Positions 11,901-24,663 are shown, numbered from the stretch's first letter. The stretch: 64,000 bases of DNA from Eledone cirrhosa (GCA_964016885.1 OZ024743.1:248001-312000); one strand, 5' to 3'. Translations and numbers: made by a program. The notes: generated by a model from the letters alone, not told the origin.

Positions 11901-14900
11901 GTTGCTTTGGCCCATTTATCTAGTCCTTATTAACGTTGCTTTGGCGCATTTATCTAGTCCTTATTAACGTTGCTTTGGCCCATTTATCTAGTCCTTATTA
12001 ACGTTGCTTTGGCGCATTTATCTAGTCCTTATTAACGTTGCTTTGGCCCATTTATCTAGTCCGTGAACGTTGCTTTGGCGCATTTATCTAGTCCTTATTA
12101 ACGTTGCTTTGGCGCATTTATCTAGTCCTTATTAACGTTGCTTTGGCCCATTTATCTAGTCCGTGAACGTTGCTTTGGCGCATTTATCTAGTCCTTATTA
12201 ACGTTGCTTTGGCGCATTTATCTAGTCCTTATTAACGTTGCTTTGGCCCATTTATCTAGTCCTTATTAACGTTGCTTTGGCGCATTTATCTAGTCCTTAT
12301 TAACGTTGCTTTGGCGCATTTATCTAGTCCTTATTAACGTTGCTTTGGCCCATTTATCTAGTCCTTATTAACGTTGCTTTGGCGCATTTATCTAGTCCTT
12401 ATTAACGTTGCTTTGGCGCATTTATCTAGTCCTTATTAACGTTGCTTTGGCCCATTTATCTAGTCCTTATTAACGTTGCTTTGGCGCATTTATCTAGTCC
12501 TTATTAACGTTGCTTTGGCGCATTTATCTAGTCCTTATTAACGTTGCTTTGGCGCATTTATCTAGTCCTTATTAACGTTGCTTTGGCCCATTTATCTAGT
12601 CCGTGAACGTTGCTTTGGCGCATTTATCTAGTCCTTATTAACGTTGCTTTGGCCCATTTATCTAGTCCTTATTAACGTTGCTTTGGCGCATTTATCTAGT
12701 CCTTATTAACGTTGCTTTGGCCCATTTATCTAGTCCGTGAACGTTGCTTTGGCGCATTTATCTAGTCCTTATTAACGTTGCTTTGGCCCATTTATCTAGT
12801 CCTTATTAACGTTGCTTTGGCCCATTTATCTAGTCCTTATTAACGTTGCTTTGGCGCATTTATCTAGTCCTTATTAACGTTGCTTTGGCCCATTTATCTA
12901 GTCCGTGAACGTTGCTTTGGCGCATTTATCTAGTCCTTATTAACGTTGCTTTGGCCCATTTATCTAGTCCTTATTAACGTTGCTTTGGCGCATTTATCTA
13001 GTCCTTATTAACGTTGCTTTGGCCCATTTATCTAGTCCTTATTAACGTTGCTTTGGCGCATTTATCTAGTCCTTATTAACGTTGCTTTGGCCCATTTATC
13101 TAGTCCTTATTAACGTTGCTTTGGCGCATTTATCTAGTCCTTATTAACGTTGCTTTGGCCCATTTATCTAGTCCGTGAACGTTGCTTTGGCGCATTTATC
13201 TAGTCCTTATTAACGTTGCTTTGGCCCATTTATCTAGTCCTTATTAACGTTGCTTTGGCGCATTTATCTAGTCCTTATTAACGTTGCTTTGGCCCATTTA
13301 TCTAGTCCTTATTAACGTTGCTTTGGCCCATTTATCTAGTCCGTGAACGTTGCTTTGGCGCATTTATCTAGTCCGTGAACGTTGCTTTGGCGCATTTATC
13401 TAGTCCTTATTAACGTTGCTTTGGCCCATTTATCTAGTCCTTATTAACGTTGCTTTGGCCCATTTATCTAGTCCGTGAACGTTGCTTTGGCGCATTTATC
13501 TAGTCCTTATTAACGTTGCTTTGGCCCATTTATCTAGTCCGTGAACGTTGCTTTGGCCCATTTATCTAGTCCGTGAACGTTGCTTTGGCGCATTTATCTA
13601 GTCCTTATTAACGTTGCTTTGGCCCATTTATCTAGTCCGTGAACGTTGCTTTGGCGCATTTATCTAGTCCTTATTAACGTTGCTTTGGCCCATTTATCTA
13701 GTCCGTGAACGTTGCTTTGGCGCATTTATCTAGTCCTTATTAACGTTGCTTTGGCCCATTTATCTAGTCCTTATTAACGTTGCTTTGGCGCATTTATCTA
13801 GTCCTTATTAACGTTGCTTTGGCCCATTTATCTAGTCCTTATTAACGTTGCTTTGGCCCATTTATCTAGTCCGTGAACGTTGCTTTGGCGCATTTATCTA
13901 GTCCTTATTAACGTTGCTTTGGCCCATTTATCTAGTCCTTATTAACGTTGCTTTGGCCCATTTATCTAGTCCGTGAACGTTGCTTTGGCCCATTTATCTA
14001 GTCCGTGAACGTTGCTTTGGCCCATTTATCTAGTCCGTGAACGTTGCTTTGGCGCATTTATCTAGTCCGTGAACGTTGCTTTGGCGCATTTATCTAGTCC
14101 TTATTAACGTTGCTTTGGCCCATTTATCTAGTCCGTGAACGTTGCTTTGGCCCATTTATCTAGTCCGTGAACGTTGCTTTGGCGCATTTATCTAGTCCGT
14201 GAACGTTGCTTTGGCGCATTTATCTAGTCCTTATTAACGTTGCTTTGGCCCATTTATCTAGTCCGTGAACGTTGCTTTGGCGCATTTATCTAGTCCTTAT
14301 TAACGTTGCTTTGGCCCATTTATCTAGTCCGTGAACGTTGCTTTGGCGCATTTATCTAGTCCTTATTAACGTTGCTTTGGCCCATTTATCTAGTCCTTAT
14401 TAACGTTGCTTTGGCGCATTTATCTAGTCCTTATTAACGTTGCTTTGGCCCATTTATCTAGTCCTTATTAACGTTGCTTTGGCCCATTTATCTAGTCCGT
14501 GAACGTTGCTTTGGCGCATTTATCTAGTCCTTATTAACGTTGCTTTGGCCCATTTATCTAGTCCTTATTAACGTTGCTTTGGCCCATTTATCTAGTCCGT
14601 GAACGTTGCTTTGGCCCATTTATCTAGTCCGTGAACGTTGCTTTGGCCCATTTATCTAGTCCGTGAACGTTGCTTTGGCGCATTTATCTAGTCCGTGAAC
14701 GTTGCTTTGGCGCATTTATCTAGTCCTTATTAACGTTGCTTTGGCCCATTTATCTAGTCCGTGAACGTTGCTTTGGCCCATTTATCTAGTCCGTGAACGT
14801 TGCTTTGGCGCATTTATCTAGTCCGTGAACGTTGCTTTGGCGCATTTATCTAGTCCTTATTAACGTTGCTTTGGCCCATTTATCTAGTCCGTGAACGTTG

Positions 14901-15442
14901 CTTTGGCCCATTTATCTAGTCCGTGAACGTTGCTTTGGCGCATTTATCTAGTCCGTGAACGTTGCTTTGGCGCATTTATCTAGTCCTTATTAACGTTGCT
15001 TTGGCGCATTTATCTAGTCCGTGAACGTTGCTTTGGCGCATTTATCTAGTCCTTATTAACGTTGCTTTGGCGCATTTATCTAGTCCGTGAACGTTGCTTT
15101 GGCGCATTTATCTAGTCCTTATTAACGTTGCTTTGGCCCATTTATCTAGTCCGTGAACGTTGCTTTGGCGCATTTATCTAGTCCTTATTAACGTTGCTTT
15201 GGCGCATTTATCTAGTCCGTGAACGTTGCTTTGGCGCATTTATCTAGTCCTTATTAACGTTGCTTTGGCGCATTTATCTAGTCCGTGAACGTTGCTTTGG
15301 CGCATTTATCTAGTCCTTATTAACGTTGCTTTGGCCCATTTATCTAGTCCTTATTAACGTTGCTTTGGCGCATTTATCTAGTCCGTGAACGTTGCTTTGG
15401 CGCATTTATCTAGTCCGTGAACGTTGCTTTGGCGCATTTATC

Positions 15443-15444
<2 letters not shown>
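8877..15444. repeat. ~6.56-kb tandem array, ~197 units: 29-bp core AACGTTGCTTTGGC[G/C]CATTTATCTAGTCC plus linker GTG (32-bp unit) or TTATT (34-bp unit)
   Basis: Read directly; only two variable features were seen across the array. The core equals the last 29 nt of the adjacent retrotransposon ORF. Confidence 0.97.

Positions 15445-15504
<60 letters not shown>
15445..15504. repeat. (TTA)n microsatellite, target site
   Basis: Direct; separates the array from the next R4/Dong copy. Confidence 0.95.
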
Positions 15505-15507
<3 letters not shown>

Positions 15508-15508
<1 letters not shown>

Positions 15509-16026
15509 AGTTGCATTTATCTTGCTTTATCTTCATACGAGTTATCACCAAGTCACAACCAGTGACCTCAAGAGACAACAAGGTCCGCCATGTTCAAGAA
15601 AGAACATACATACTCACACATGCATCTTTAGTGTTTAGACTTGTGATGTACTTATATTGACAGAATCTTCCTTAGTATATGGGCAGTTCCCATTAGTACT
15701 ATCTTTTGTATTTCTCCTATACGCGGGTTTCCTGGTATTTGCGATAAGTAATCATTAGACCCCTTAGGTATCATTCCTGGAGCGCCTACAACCACTGGTA
15801 TTGTTTTAGTTCTCAATTTCCACATTTTTCCAATTTCTATCTCCAGGTCCTTATACTTGCTCAATTTTTCAAATGTTTTTATAGATACATTCTTGTCTAT
15901 TGGAACGGACATATCAATTAGCAGGCATACCCTCTTTTTAAAGTCCTTCAATATTATATCAGGTCTATATTTGCATCTATTTTTCGGTCTGTTTGGATGC
16001 TAAAGTTCCACAAAATTGAGATGTGA
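15508..16026 (-). mobile_element. Second, heavily 5'-truncated copy of the same R4/Dong-like element
   Basis: Near-identical to 7313-7830 (ORF 15652-15951, KKRVCLLIDMSVP...HILRKILSI); (TTA)n on both sides. Confidence 0.92.
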
Positions 16027-16042
16027 CCTATTATTATTATTA

Positions 16043-16832
16043 GGATTGGCAGTAATCTCTTCGGAAGAACTTTCGGGCCGAGGTCTATGGACAACTTCCA
16101 GAAATCTCTGGCATGTCAGTGCTACCGAGGAGCCTTGCCAGTTCGGGATAAACTCTACAGGCATGGAGGTGCCGTCAACCGGGCATGTCTGAGATGCGCG
16201 GAGGGCGACGAAACCGTCCTGCACGCACTCGTCCAGTGTCCGAAAATTGCTGACTTGTGGGTTTATGTCGAACACCTGCTGTCGCGTGTAGGACGGATCC
16301 GGCTATCATCTGAGTCCATCGTGAGGATTGCCCCGCCCTCTTCCATTAGCCGGGAAGGGCAGGCAGTTTTTATCTGTCTGGTGGCCATGGCGAAAGAGAT
16401 AGTATGGTGGACACGTTTGAAAGGGCTGAAGACGAGCACTTACTTCTTCGGTGATGCCCTGATTGACTTTTTCAAATTTCATTTGAAAAGGAAAATCAGA
16501 GTAGAGAGGGAAGTGCTCTCTTCCCAGCATTTTGTTGAAAGATGGGTGAGAGAAGCAAGAATGGCCCGAGTGAATGGGCCTACTCTGAGTACGTATCTGT
16601 AAATTAAAGGTGGAAAACTGGTGGTCAGGGTCTCTGTGGCCTTTTACTGGGCTTTCTCCACAAATGTCCCTCCGAAGTCTCCCCACTATTGGGGAATTTT
16701 TCATTGTTATTTTCTTGTTACATTCTCTGTTTTTGTTTTTTACACGCAGAAATGCCCATTTGTACCGTCCTGTATTGTCCTGCACTGTCCTTAATGTCTA
16801 CTTTATGTAAACCCTTGTGGTTAATAAAGAAA

Positions 16833-16835
<3 letters not shown>
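16043..16835 (+). mobile_element. 5'-truncated Tx1-like LINE (ORF2 C-terminal CCHC domain + 3' UTR)
   Basis: ORF 16087-16602 RGALPVRDKL...CLRCAEGDETVLHALVQC; AATAAA then (ATT)n 16836-16882; (TTA)n also at the 5' side. Confidence 0.85.
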
Positions 16836-16882
<47 letters not shown>

Positions 16883-17100
16883 GGCGACCTACGTAGTAAA
16901 TCGTATCATCGTGAGCTCCGCAAAAAGTTTGTTATTTTCAGTTATTTAAAATTGCCATTTATGGAAATTTTTTATTGTTAACTGTATATAAGTGCACATA
17001 CATTGATTTCTGAAAAGGGCACTCAAAAATATTGGGGCCTTGAGCCCAAAATTTAAACTTTTTATAATTATCAAACAAAAATTTTTTTCTTTGAAAAATA

Positions 17101-18638
17101 ATGGATGACTCAGATTCAATCCTTCCTCACAACCCAACACCTCACACCGACACCACCATTGTAAACATTGATACGTTTGCCAACACTGGAATTGTAAGCA
17201 GTAGCAATATTTTAAATTTGTCTCAGGCAGACGTTCATTTCCCGCCATTACCAATGACTGGAGGTGTTAAAAACGCCACCACCACCACCGCAACAACCCC
17301 CACCCCCACCACCACCACAGCAACAACAGAAACAAAAGAAAAAAAAAATTAACTCATGATATCGAAATGAATGCAACCAAAATGAACTATTCCATAAAGA
17401 ACACCTCTGACGCCACCACCACCACAACTGAAACTAAAATTAACAATAGCAAAAATTACGATAATAACAACAGCAACAATGAAATTAAGAAAACTACCCT
17501 GAGTTTTGCCAGAGTAGCCAAAACGTGCGAAGCGATTCAGGTAACTCAGGAAGAATTAGACGAAGCCAAAGGAATGGTAAAGAAAGATGGGTACAGGGTC
17601 AGCCTCCCCCCTCCACACACACCTAATAAAATGGAGCAACGTCGCCTATTCACCGTGTCTTATCGGACAATAAACATAAAATCGCGCCGAGTGGAACGGG
17701 CATCTGAGTCCCAAATCCAAAAAGCTTTGGGACATGTGTGGGCAAAAAAACCCCACATCAGACGTGGGCAGAAGTATGGAACCGTGGACGTGTTCTTTGA
17801 AACACCACAGGAGGCCAGAGAACACTCCATGGCCCCATTAAGAAGTGACGACTTCACACTCATCCCAAGCTATTGTGGCCAGAGACTTGTGAAGATCAGG
17901 GTGACCCACGTTCCACCGGCCATCGAAATTCCCTGGCTAATGGCTGCCGTCCTCGCCGGCATCGAGGCCAACACCAAAATAATAGAAATAGCAAAAGAAA
18001 AGCAGGAGAACTGGTCCGGATCTGGGATGGAGCTCCTGATCCAAGCGGACCATAAAAGCATTGAGGAGATCCCAGAGGTAATAGACCTCACTGACGGCAG
18101 CCACCTCACCGTAATCGTCGAGGGCAGAAGACCTAGGTGTGTCGTTTGTGGTGAAGGAACCCACCTAAGGGCTTTCTGCCCTCAGGCTAAAAGGTTGAGG
18201 CCACCTCTCTTACCCACCCCAGTGACTCAACCATCAACACCACCAGCAGCAGAAATAGCAGCAACAACTGTAGCAGCAACAACTGTAGCAGCAACAACAG
18301 AAGCAACTGTAACAGCATCAACCCCAGCAACAGTAGCAAAACCAACACCACCACCACCCAACGCCTCAGAACTAGCACCAGCGTCTACACCATCCACCAC
18401 GCCACAACCCAAACCAACGCCTGTGGAGGATTTTCCACTCCCCGGCCTATCACAACTGGAGACAGATTGTGACGACGAGGAGTGGGAAACGGTATCAGGA
18501 AAAAGAAAAAAAAAAAGAAACCAAAAAAGAAAAAATTTTCTTCCTTCCCCCTCAAAAAACAAAATACAGAGGGAAACAAATAAATTATCGAACAAGAAAG
18601 TTAAGACATATATGCCACCATCCACACCAGCATCATAA
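17101..18638 (+). pseudogene. Tx1 ORF1 (gag-like, CCHC zinc knuckle), probably broken at the poly-A run ~17335-17350
   Basis: CVVCGEGTHLRAFC = CX2CX4HX4C; P/T-rich tail; WETVSGKRKKK; ORFs 17101-17352 and 17367-18638. Confidence 0.75.
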
Positions 18639-19091
18639 ACACCAACACCATCACCATCATTAACCCCAACACCACCATCACCAACACCACAAAAGTCACC
18701 AAAAAGCGTAACAGAAACAAACCCACAATAAACGCAAACAAAACAAAACAACCAAAACGATACACACTGCACAGCATTAAATTTGAACAACAACCAATTA
18801 TTATACTACATGCAACACAACACCAGCATCACAGAAAAAGACTACACAACAACCCAAAAGTTCACACCACCTCCACACATACAAATCACTCGCATCACAA
18901 CGAAAACGTACACGACACTAAAACAAAAATTCCCCAAAGACATCGGAGACTTCCGACAAACACTCTCCAGGAGGATTTATTAGGACATCCTTCCGGAGGA
19001 GGCCACAAGCAGTGAAAAGGATGGAAAACCATCCTTCCTCTACGAGAAGTAAGGTAAGTGGTCTTTCCCATCTTTTCCACTTCATTTCAAC

Positions 19092-21672
19092 ATGACCTCA
19101 CTCAGAATAGGCAGCATAAATGCGCGTGGCTTGGGGTCGTCATGGAAACAGGGCCACCTGCTCAACGACCTCAGGTCACTAAACATAGATGTAGTGGCCA
19201 TCAGCGAGACCAGAATCTCCGAAGCACGGGAATTCGCACCGATCTTCGGCGGCTACGATGTGTACGCATCTCCCAGCCGTCCTGGGTCGAGGGAAGGAGT
19301 TGCTGTGCTTTTTCGGAGAGCTTTGGATCTCGCCATACGGTCCATCTTCCTGGACACAGAAGGTAAGTTGGTGGTGCTAGACGTGACCATCGGAGACGGG
19401 CAAGCTTTCAGGCTAGTGGCCGTCTATGCCCCGATAGGAGCAGGGCGGCCTCATTTCTTCCGGCGTCTGGAGACCTTTCTTGGAACGTCCCGCTCTTTAG
19501 TGTTAGTGGGCGACTGGAACGGGATCTTAGATGCACGCTGGGACTGTGTGGGATTAGCGGATAGGAGAGGAGGGTGCAAGAGCCTCACCAACCTGCTCAG
19601 GCGTTTTGAACTGTCTGACAGGTCGCGATTGGATTTCCCGAATGTGCCAATGTGGACTTGGACAAATCGCATAGGGTCATCCAGATCATATCTAGATAGA
19701 TTATTTTGTAGAGAAATAGATAGGTCTAGCATAGGCTGTCCACAATTCAAGATAGTCAGCTACACGGACCACAAATTCGTGATCTGTGTACTTGACTTAG
19801 ATAGGCTTCATAGACGAGGACCCGGCTACTGGAAGCTAAACGCGTCCTTACCAGCGCGCAAGGCCTACAGAGACCGGATTAGCGAACTAGTTAAGCGGGC
19901 GTTGACGGGGGCCATCGTCAAAAACAAGTGGTGGTTTGCTCTGAAAAGAGCAATTAGAGTCCATTAGGTTTAGTAAGGCTTTAGCAATAGAGAAAAATAG
20001 AGTAGAGGGAGAATTAGTTAGAAAATTAGACGAGGCGCTTAGCAAAGGCATCGCGACCGACGTGCTTGCGGTGAAATTGGCCCTTGACCAATTCTTCAAT
20101 GCAAAGCACGAAGGCTGCGTTGTCAGAGCTAGGGTGCGTGCTCTCAGACACGAGGGGACGAAAGCCGTTCAATGGGCCCGAGTGGCGGAGGCGCATCGTG
20201 GCAACAAAGCCACGATCCGGTCTTTGGTGGACCACGACGGGCGCATGCTACTCGATCCCGGGCAAATGTGTGAAGCTTTTCAGCGACACTTCGCTCAGTT
20301 GTTCGGGGGCAGCGACGGGCCGGATCGAGGGATGGACTTTAGTGTCTACCTCGACAGACTGCCGCGGCTCTCGGCCACTGAGGCGGAGTGTTGCGAAAAG
20401 CCGATAACAGCCGCTGAAGTACGGGAGGCAATGACTAGCTGCACAAGGGGTAAATCTCCTAGTTTGGATGGTCTGCCCTATGAACTTTACGTACAGATGC
20501 CAGACTTGTTCGGAGGCCTCTTGGCGGACGTATACTGCAACTGGCAATAGAACGGGAGAATTCCCAGCTCTGTGAGCCGAGGAGCTGTGGCGCTGCTGAG
20601 AAAGGATCCGAACAAGGGGGATAACATAGATAATTTTAGGCCCATAACTCTGCTAAACACAGAGTTCAAGATTTTGGCCAAGGTGCTAGCAAAGAGGTTG
20701 GCGCTTGTCGTTGGTGGTCAGGTGGGAGAGGCGCCGACATGTGCCATTCCCGACAGATCCATCCACAACAACCTCCACCTCATGCGATACATCGTAGAGA
20801 GGGTAGCTAGGGAACCTGGCACGGGTGGGTCCTTGATCAATTTAGATCAGTCGAAAGCTTTCGATAGGGTCGACCATCGTTACCTAGCGGCAGTCATGAG
20901 GGCGGCTGGCTTTGGGCCCGTCTTCAGAGGCTGGATCGCTGCCATGCACAGCGACATCTGCTCTGTGGTGAGAGTGAACGGTCACCTTTCGGAACCGTTC
21001 AACATCATGCGCTCGGTCCGCCAAGGATGTCCCCTCTCGTCCCTCTTGTACGTATTGACTCTCGAGCAATTACTGCACAAACTGGAGACGTTGAGGGGGG
21101 TCCCGCGCGAACTAGGATGCGGAAGATCCGTGTCAGCATATGCGGACGATGTCACCGTAGTGGTGTCGAACGCCAAACACATCGAGGCGATCGGCACTAC
21201 ACTAAGAGAATACGAAGCGGTGACAGGAGCAATGATCAACCAGGAAAAGTCAGTGGGCCTGCAGTTCGGCACCTGGAGAGGCAGGTCCATGCCGCCCAAC
21301 AGCGTCGTCGGGCGCTGGACGGACGGACCAGTTAAATTGCTCGGGGTCTGGTTCGGTCCGGATCTCCAGACAGACAAAAACTGGGACGAGGTGACGAGCA
21401 GGGTGGCTTCTCTCACCCAGAAATGGGCCGAGAGGAAGCTATCCCTGAAAGGTCGAGCGGAGGTGGCTAACGCGTATATCGCGTCCGTCATCTACTATCG
21501 CCTGACCGTCGTACCTTGTCCTAAGCCCCGCCTGACTGCGCTGGAGCGTTTGCTCTTTCGCTTATTGTGGAAGGGACGCGCTCCGATGGTCAGGCGGTCC
21601 ATCTGCTGTCAACATCCGCTCCGTGGAGGGCTCGGAATGCCGTGGCTGATGATGCGCAGACACGCGCTCAGG
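19092..21672 (+). pseudogene. Tx1 ORF2: APE endonuclease + reverse transcriptase, disrupted (frameshift ~19965, stop ~20548)
   Basis: SINARGL, VAISET, VYAP, GDWN, SYLDR, YTDH (APE); KSPSLDGLP, NFRPITLLN, LDQSKAFDRVDH, SVRQGCPLS, YADD, KLLGVWF (RT). Confidence 0.92.
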
Positions 21673-22489
21673 CGTGCAAATATCGTACAAATATATACGA
21701 TTTACAATCATGTCCTCTTATATACGATTACCATTCATGTGTTTAATATTATGCACATCTGCAACATACCTCTCAACCACATAGATATATACACATACAT
21801 ATATACACATACATATGTATAAATAAATATTTGCGTGCGTCCTCATGCATCACTCATGTATATATACAAACACATATAAACACAAAAAATCTATAACACT
21901 TTCTATGCATGTTAATACACACATATGCATTTGTATAGAGATAATCCAATATCAATAAATTACCAAAGGATTATAATTTGTAAATATAACCATAACAATA
22001 TAAATTTAAAATACCAAAGGAATATATTTTGGAAATGCAACTATATAGTCAAAAGAAATCTAGAAATATCAAAGCATTAAATATCATTAAAACACTATAG
22101 AGTATCTTAAGTTAAAATAATATGTTTTATATATTTAGTATAGAAATTTATCCTACGTATATCTCAATCAAGATATTGAGAGGGTAGACTTGTGAAAGTT
22201 ATGAGAAGCTATCATAATCAAAACAAATAAATAAAAATAATTTAAAAGATTTAAAAAATTTAAAAAACCCAATGATTCTACAGATAACCTTATATTTAGT
22301 ATAGAAATTTACCTTACGTATATTTTATTTAATACATTGGAAGTATAGACATTTTAGAGTAGTTTATTATATCCATGTTTATATTTAGGAAGAAAGTTTA
22401 AAAAGAAAAAGGTGAAGGAATCTAATGGATTATCGACAGGTTCCATATATTAACTAAAATTACTTAATTAATTATACTACATTTTAAAT

Positions 22490-24097
22490 TTATATTTATA
22501 TTTAAACGTTGAGTTCAATCTATGTCTGCAGCAACTGAATAAATTGTTCCTTAGATTAAGGGAATTTTTGGACTTTAATATAAAGAATATTTCTTCAATA
22601 CAAAGATCACAATTTTCTGAAGAGGAATTAAAAGGAGTAGCTTATGAAATAATATTCCAATTCATCGAATATTTAATATTATCTCGTTTTAGGTCCCATA
22701 GTAGGCTAGATAGCGAAGTTGAAGATTTTTTGTTTGGATCTGTGAAAGAATTCTTATGATTATTGAAGCGAAATTTAAATTCTGTAGAGGTGGAACCAAC
22801 ATAGTTAAATGAATTTAAATTAGTTTTAACATTACAATTGTACACTACATTTTTAGCTAAGCAGTTGTTACTTAACGGACAGTTAGATTTATTTTTACAG
22901 TTACAGTTATTTAATTGAATATTGTTTGGGTTATTATTGGTATTTTGGTTAGGTTTTAAATTCCTATTATTAATTCTATTAATATTTTGTGCTAAATTTT
23001 TGGTGGACGAGTAAGTTAATTTTATAGTGTGTCTATTAAAAATTGAGTGATATTTATGTGTTCTAGGGAAGCGTGTGTCAAGAGCTTTAAAGAATAGTTT
23101 AGCAATAGGGGTTTTAATATTTAGTGAGAAAGGGGGAGCAAACCATAATGTATTTCTAGTTCTATTTCTTTTTCGGCTTTTGGAATTATTGTAATGTTTT
23201 CTATTATAGTTGTTAAAGTTGTTACCGTAATTGAAATTGTTATTATTTTGGATAGTTTGCTTATTATTATTATTATTATCGATGTATTTAATTTTATTTC
23301 TATATCCAGCTCTAGCTAATGCTTCGTTGTAATACTGCGCTTTTTCATCAAATATATTTTTATTAGATGAAATTCTTGAAATTCGTTCTTGAACAGAGTT
23401 CACTATAGTATTTTTAACAGATCTGGGGTGATTAGAGTTAAAGTTGACATAATTCAAGTTCTCATTTAGTTTGTGAAATGGATAATGAAGACATGTGTTG
23501 AGATTTAGTGTTACATCAAGAAAATTGACTATTCTATGGTTATTCTCTATTTCTATTTTTAGATTAAGGTAATTAAAAAATTGTATAATTTGTTTTCTTT
23601 TTCTATTTAGTTCACAGCTATTATCTTCTATAAGTAAAAGCATGTCATCACGATATAATCCTCCGGTTACACCTGGTATTTTTCTATGTAGCGAATTAAT
23701 TATAAATAGGCCCACAAGGTCCGTTACCTGAGCTGAGTCTGATGACCCCATAGTTATGTCGAAATTATTATTTCTATCTGCCCTAGTCCAGAGTTGGTTA
23801 TTAAATTCTATCAATGTTTTCCTTGCCGATAATATAATGTGCATTTAATTGCTAGTTAGGTCAGTATGTTTAAATGCGTAATTTAGTGCCTTATTCAGTA
23901 GATTAGGAGTGATAGATGAATAGTAGTTAGCAATATCCAGCTGAATAAACTTATTGTTACAGTTATATTTAATTTCTTTAAACCAATCAATAACCTCACT
24001 AGTCCCTTTCTATAATTTTAAGTAAGATAAATTAGGTAAGTTTATAATTTGTTGTATTACCCTGTCTAGAATATTTTTGCTAAGTTTTCCCAGGTCA
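22490..24097 (-). pseudogene. Penelope-like element ORF (RT + Cys linker + C-terminal GIY-YIG), 5'-truncated and decayed
   Basis: FIQLDIANYYSSI (upstream of an in-frame stop at ~23845), FDITMGSSD, GLYRDD, VNFLDVTL, CNCKNKSNCPLSNNC, VVY...YVGST...RFNNH. After a frameshift at ~22642 it continues NCDLCIEEIFFI...FSCCRHR. Confidence 0.88.
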
Positions 24098-24202
24098 CTA
24101 TGACTTATTATATAAACAAATCACTATCCAGACAGCCTCCAAAAGTAATGGTTGTATTTTAAAAGGGTACGTCAAACCTATTTGTAAAACTGTTATATAT
24201 TG

Positions 24203-24267
24203 TATTTTGTCTGATGAAGGCATACCATAATTTAATGTGGTATCCCTGAAATATGTATAATGAAATA
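24203..24267 (+). ncRNA. Type I hammerhead ribozyme in a putative inverted pLTR (24098-24395)
   Basis: TATTTTGT-CTGATGA-AGGCATACCAT..GTGGTATCCCT-GAAATATGTATA-ATGAAATA. The flanks match 40920-41140 and 55820-55940. Confidence 0.8.
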
Positions 24268-24395
24268 AATATGGTTTTATAAATATAGTTTCCATTTATT
24301 AATATCGTATATCTACTCCAAAAATTTGTCGAGTGCTTTATATCAGTTATAAAAATATGTACTTGTTGTATCCCAACAACTTTAAATAGAACTTT

Positions 24396-24481
<86 letters not shown>

Positions 24482-24589
24482 CATATACATATATATGTGT
24501 GTGTGTGTTTTAAGTATTTCCGTAGAAAAGGTGAAAGAGAGAAGAGTGCTCTATGTATAGTACGATATAATTACCTATAGTTATTTAAC

Positions 24590-24663
24590 TATTTCATCTG
24601 ATGAACGGGCTGGACATTTCTGTAAGGAACGTCTAGTTTCTTGAAACCTTTGGTAATGGAATA
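24590..24663 (+). ncRNA. Type I hammerhead ribozyme
   Basis: TATTTCAT-CTGATGA-(imperfect stem II)-GAAACCTTTGGTA-ATGGAATA; 8-bp stem I; ACC/GGT stem III; GUA triplet. Confidence 0.75.

Larger units (their letters stand above)
16883..21672 (+). mobile_element. Tx1-clade LINE, 5' end intact, 3' end deleted
   Basis: Starts immediately after (TTA)n; two ORFs; homology and GC content drop abruptly at ~21672. Confidence 0.88.

Noticed and set aside
8877-15444. CRISPR array (29-bp repeat next to a nuclease/RT ORF)
   Set aside because: There are no unique spacers, only 3- or 5-nt invariant linkers. No cas genes are present, the context is eukaryotic, and the repeat derives from the adjacent retrotransposon ORF.
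8877-15444. Protein-coding repeat extending the RT ORF, or a telomeric repeat
   Set aside because: Units of 32 and 34 bp are not multiples of 3 and contain stops; no TTAGGG-type motif is present and the array is interstitial.
17660-21491. Antisense and alternative-frame ORFs over the Tx1 element (and 8160-8543 over the R4 ORF)
   Set aside because: They are shadow ORFs of retrotransposon coding sequence with no independent motifs.
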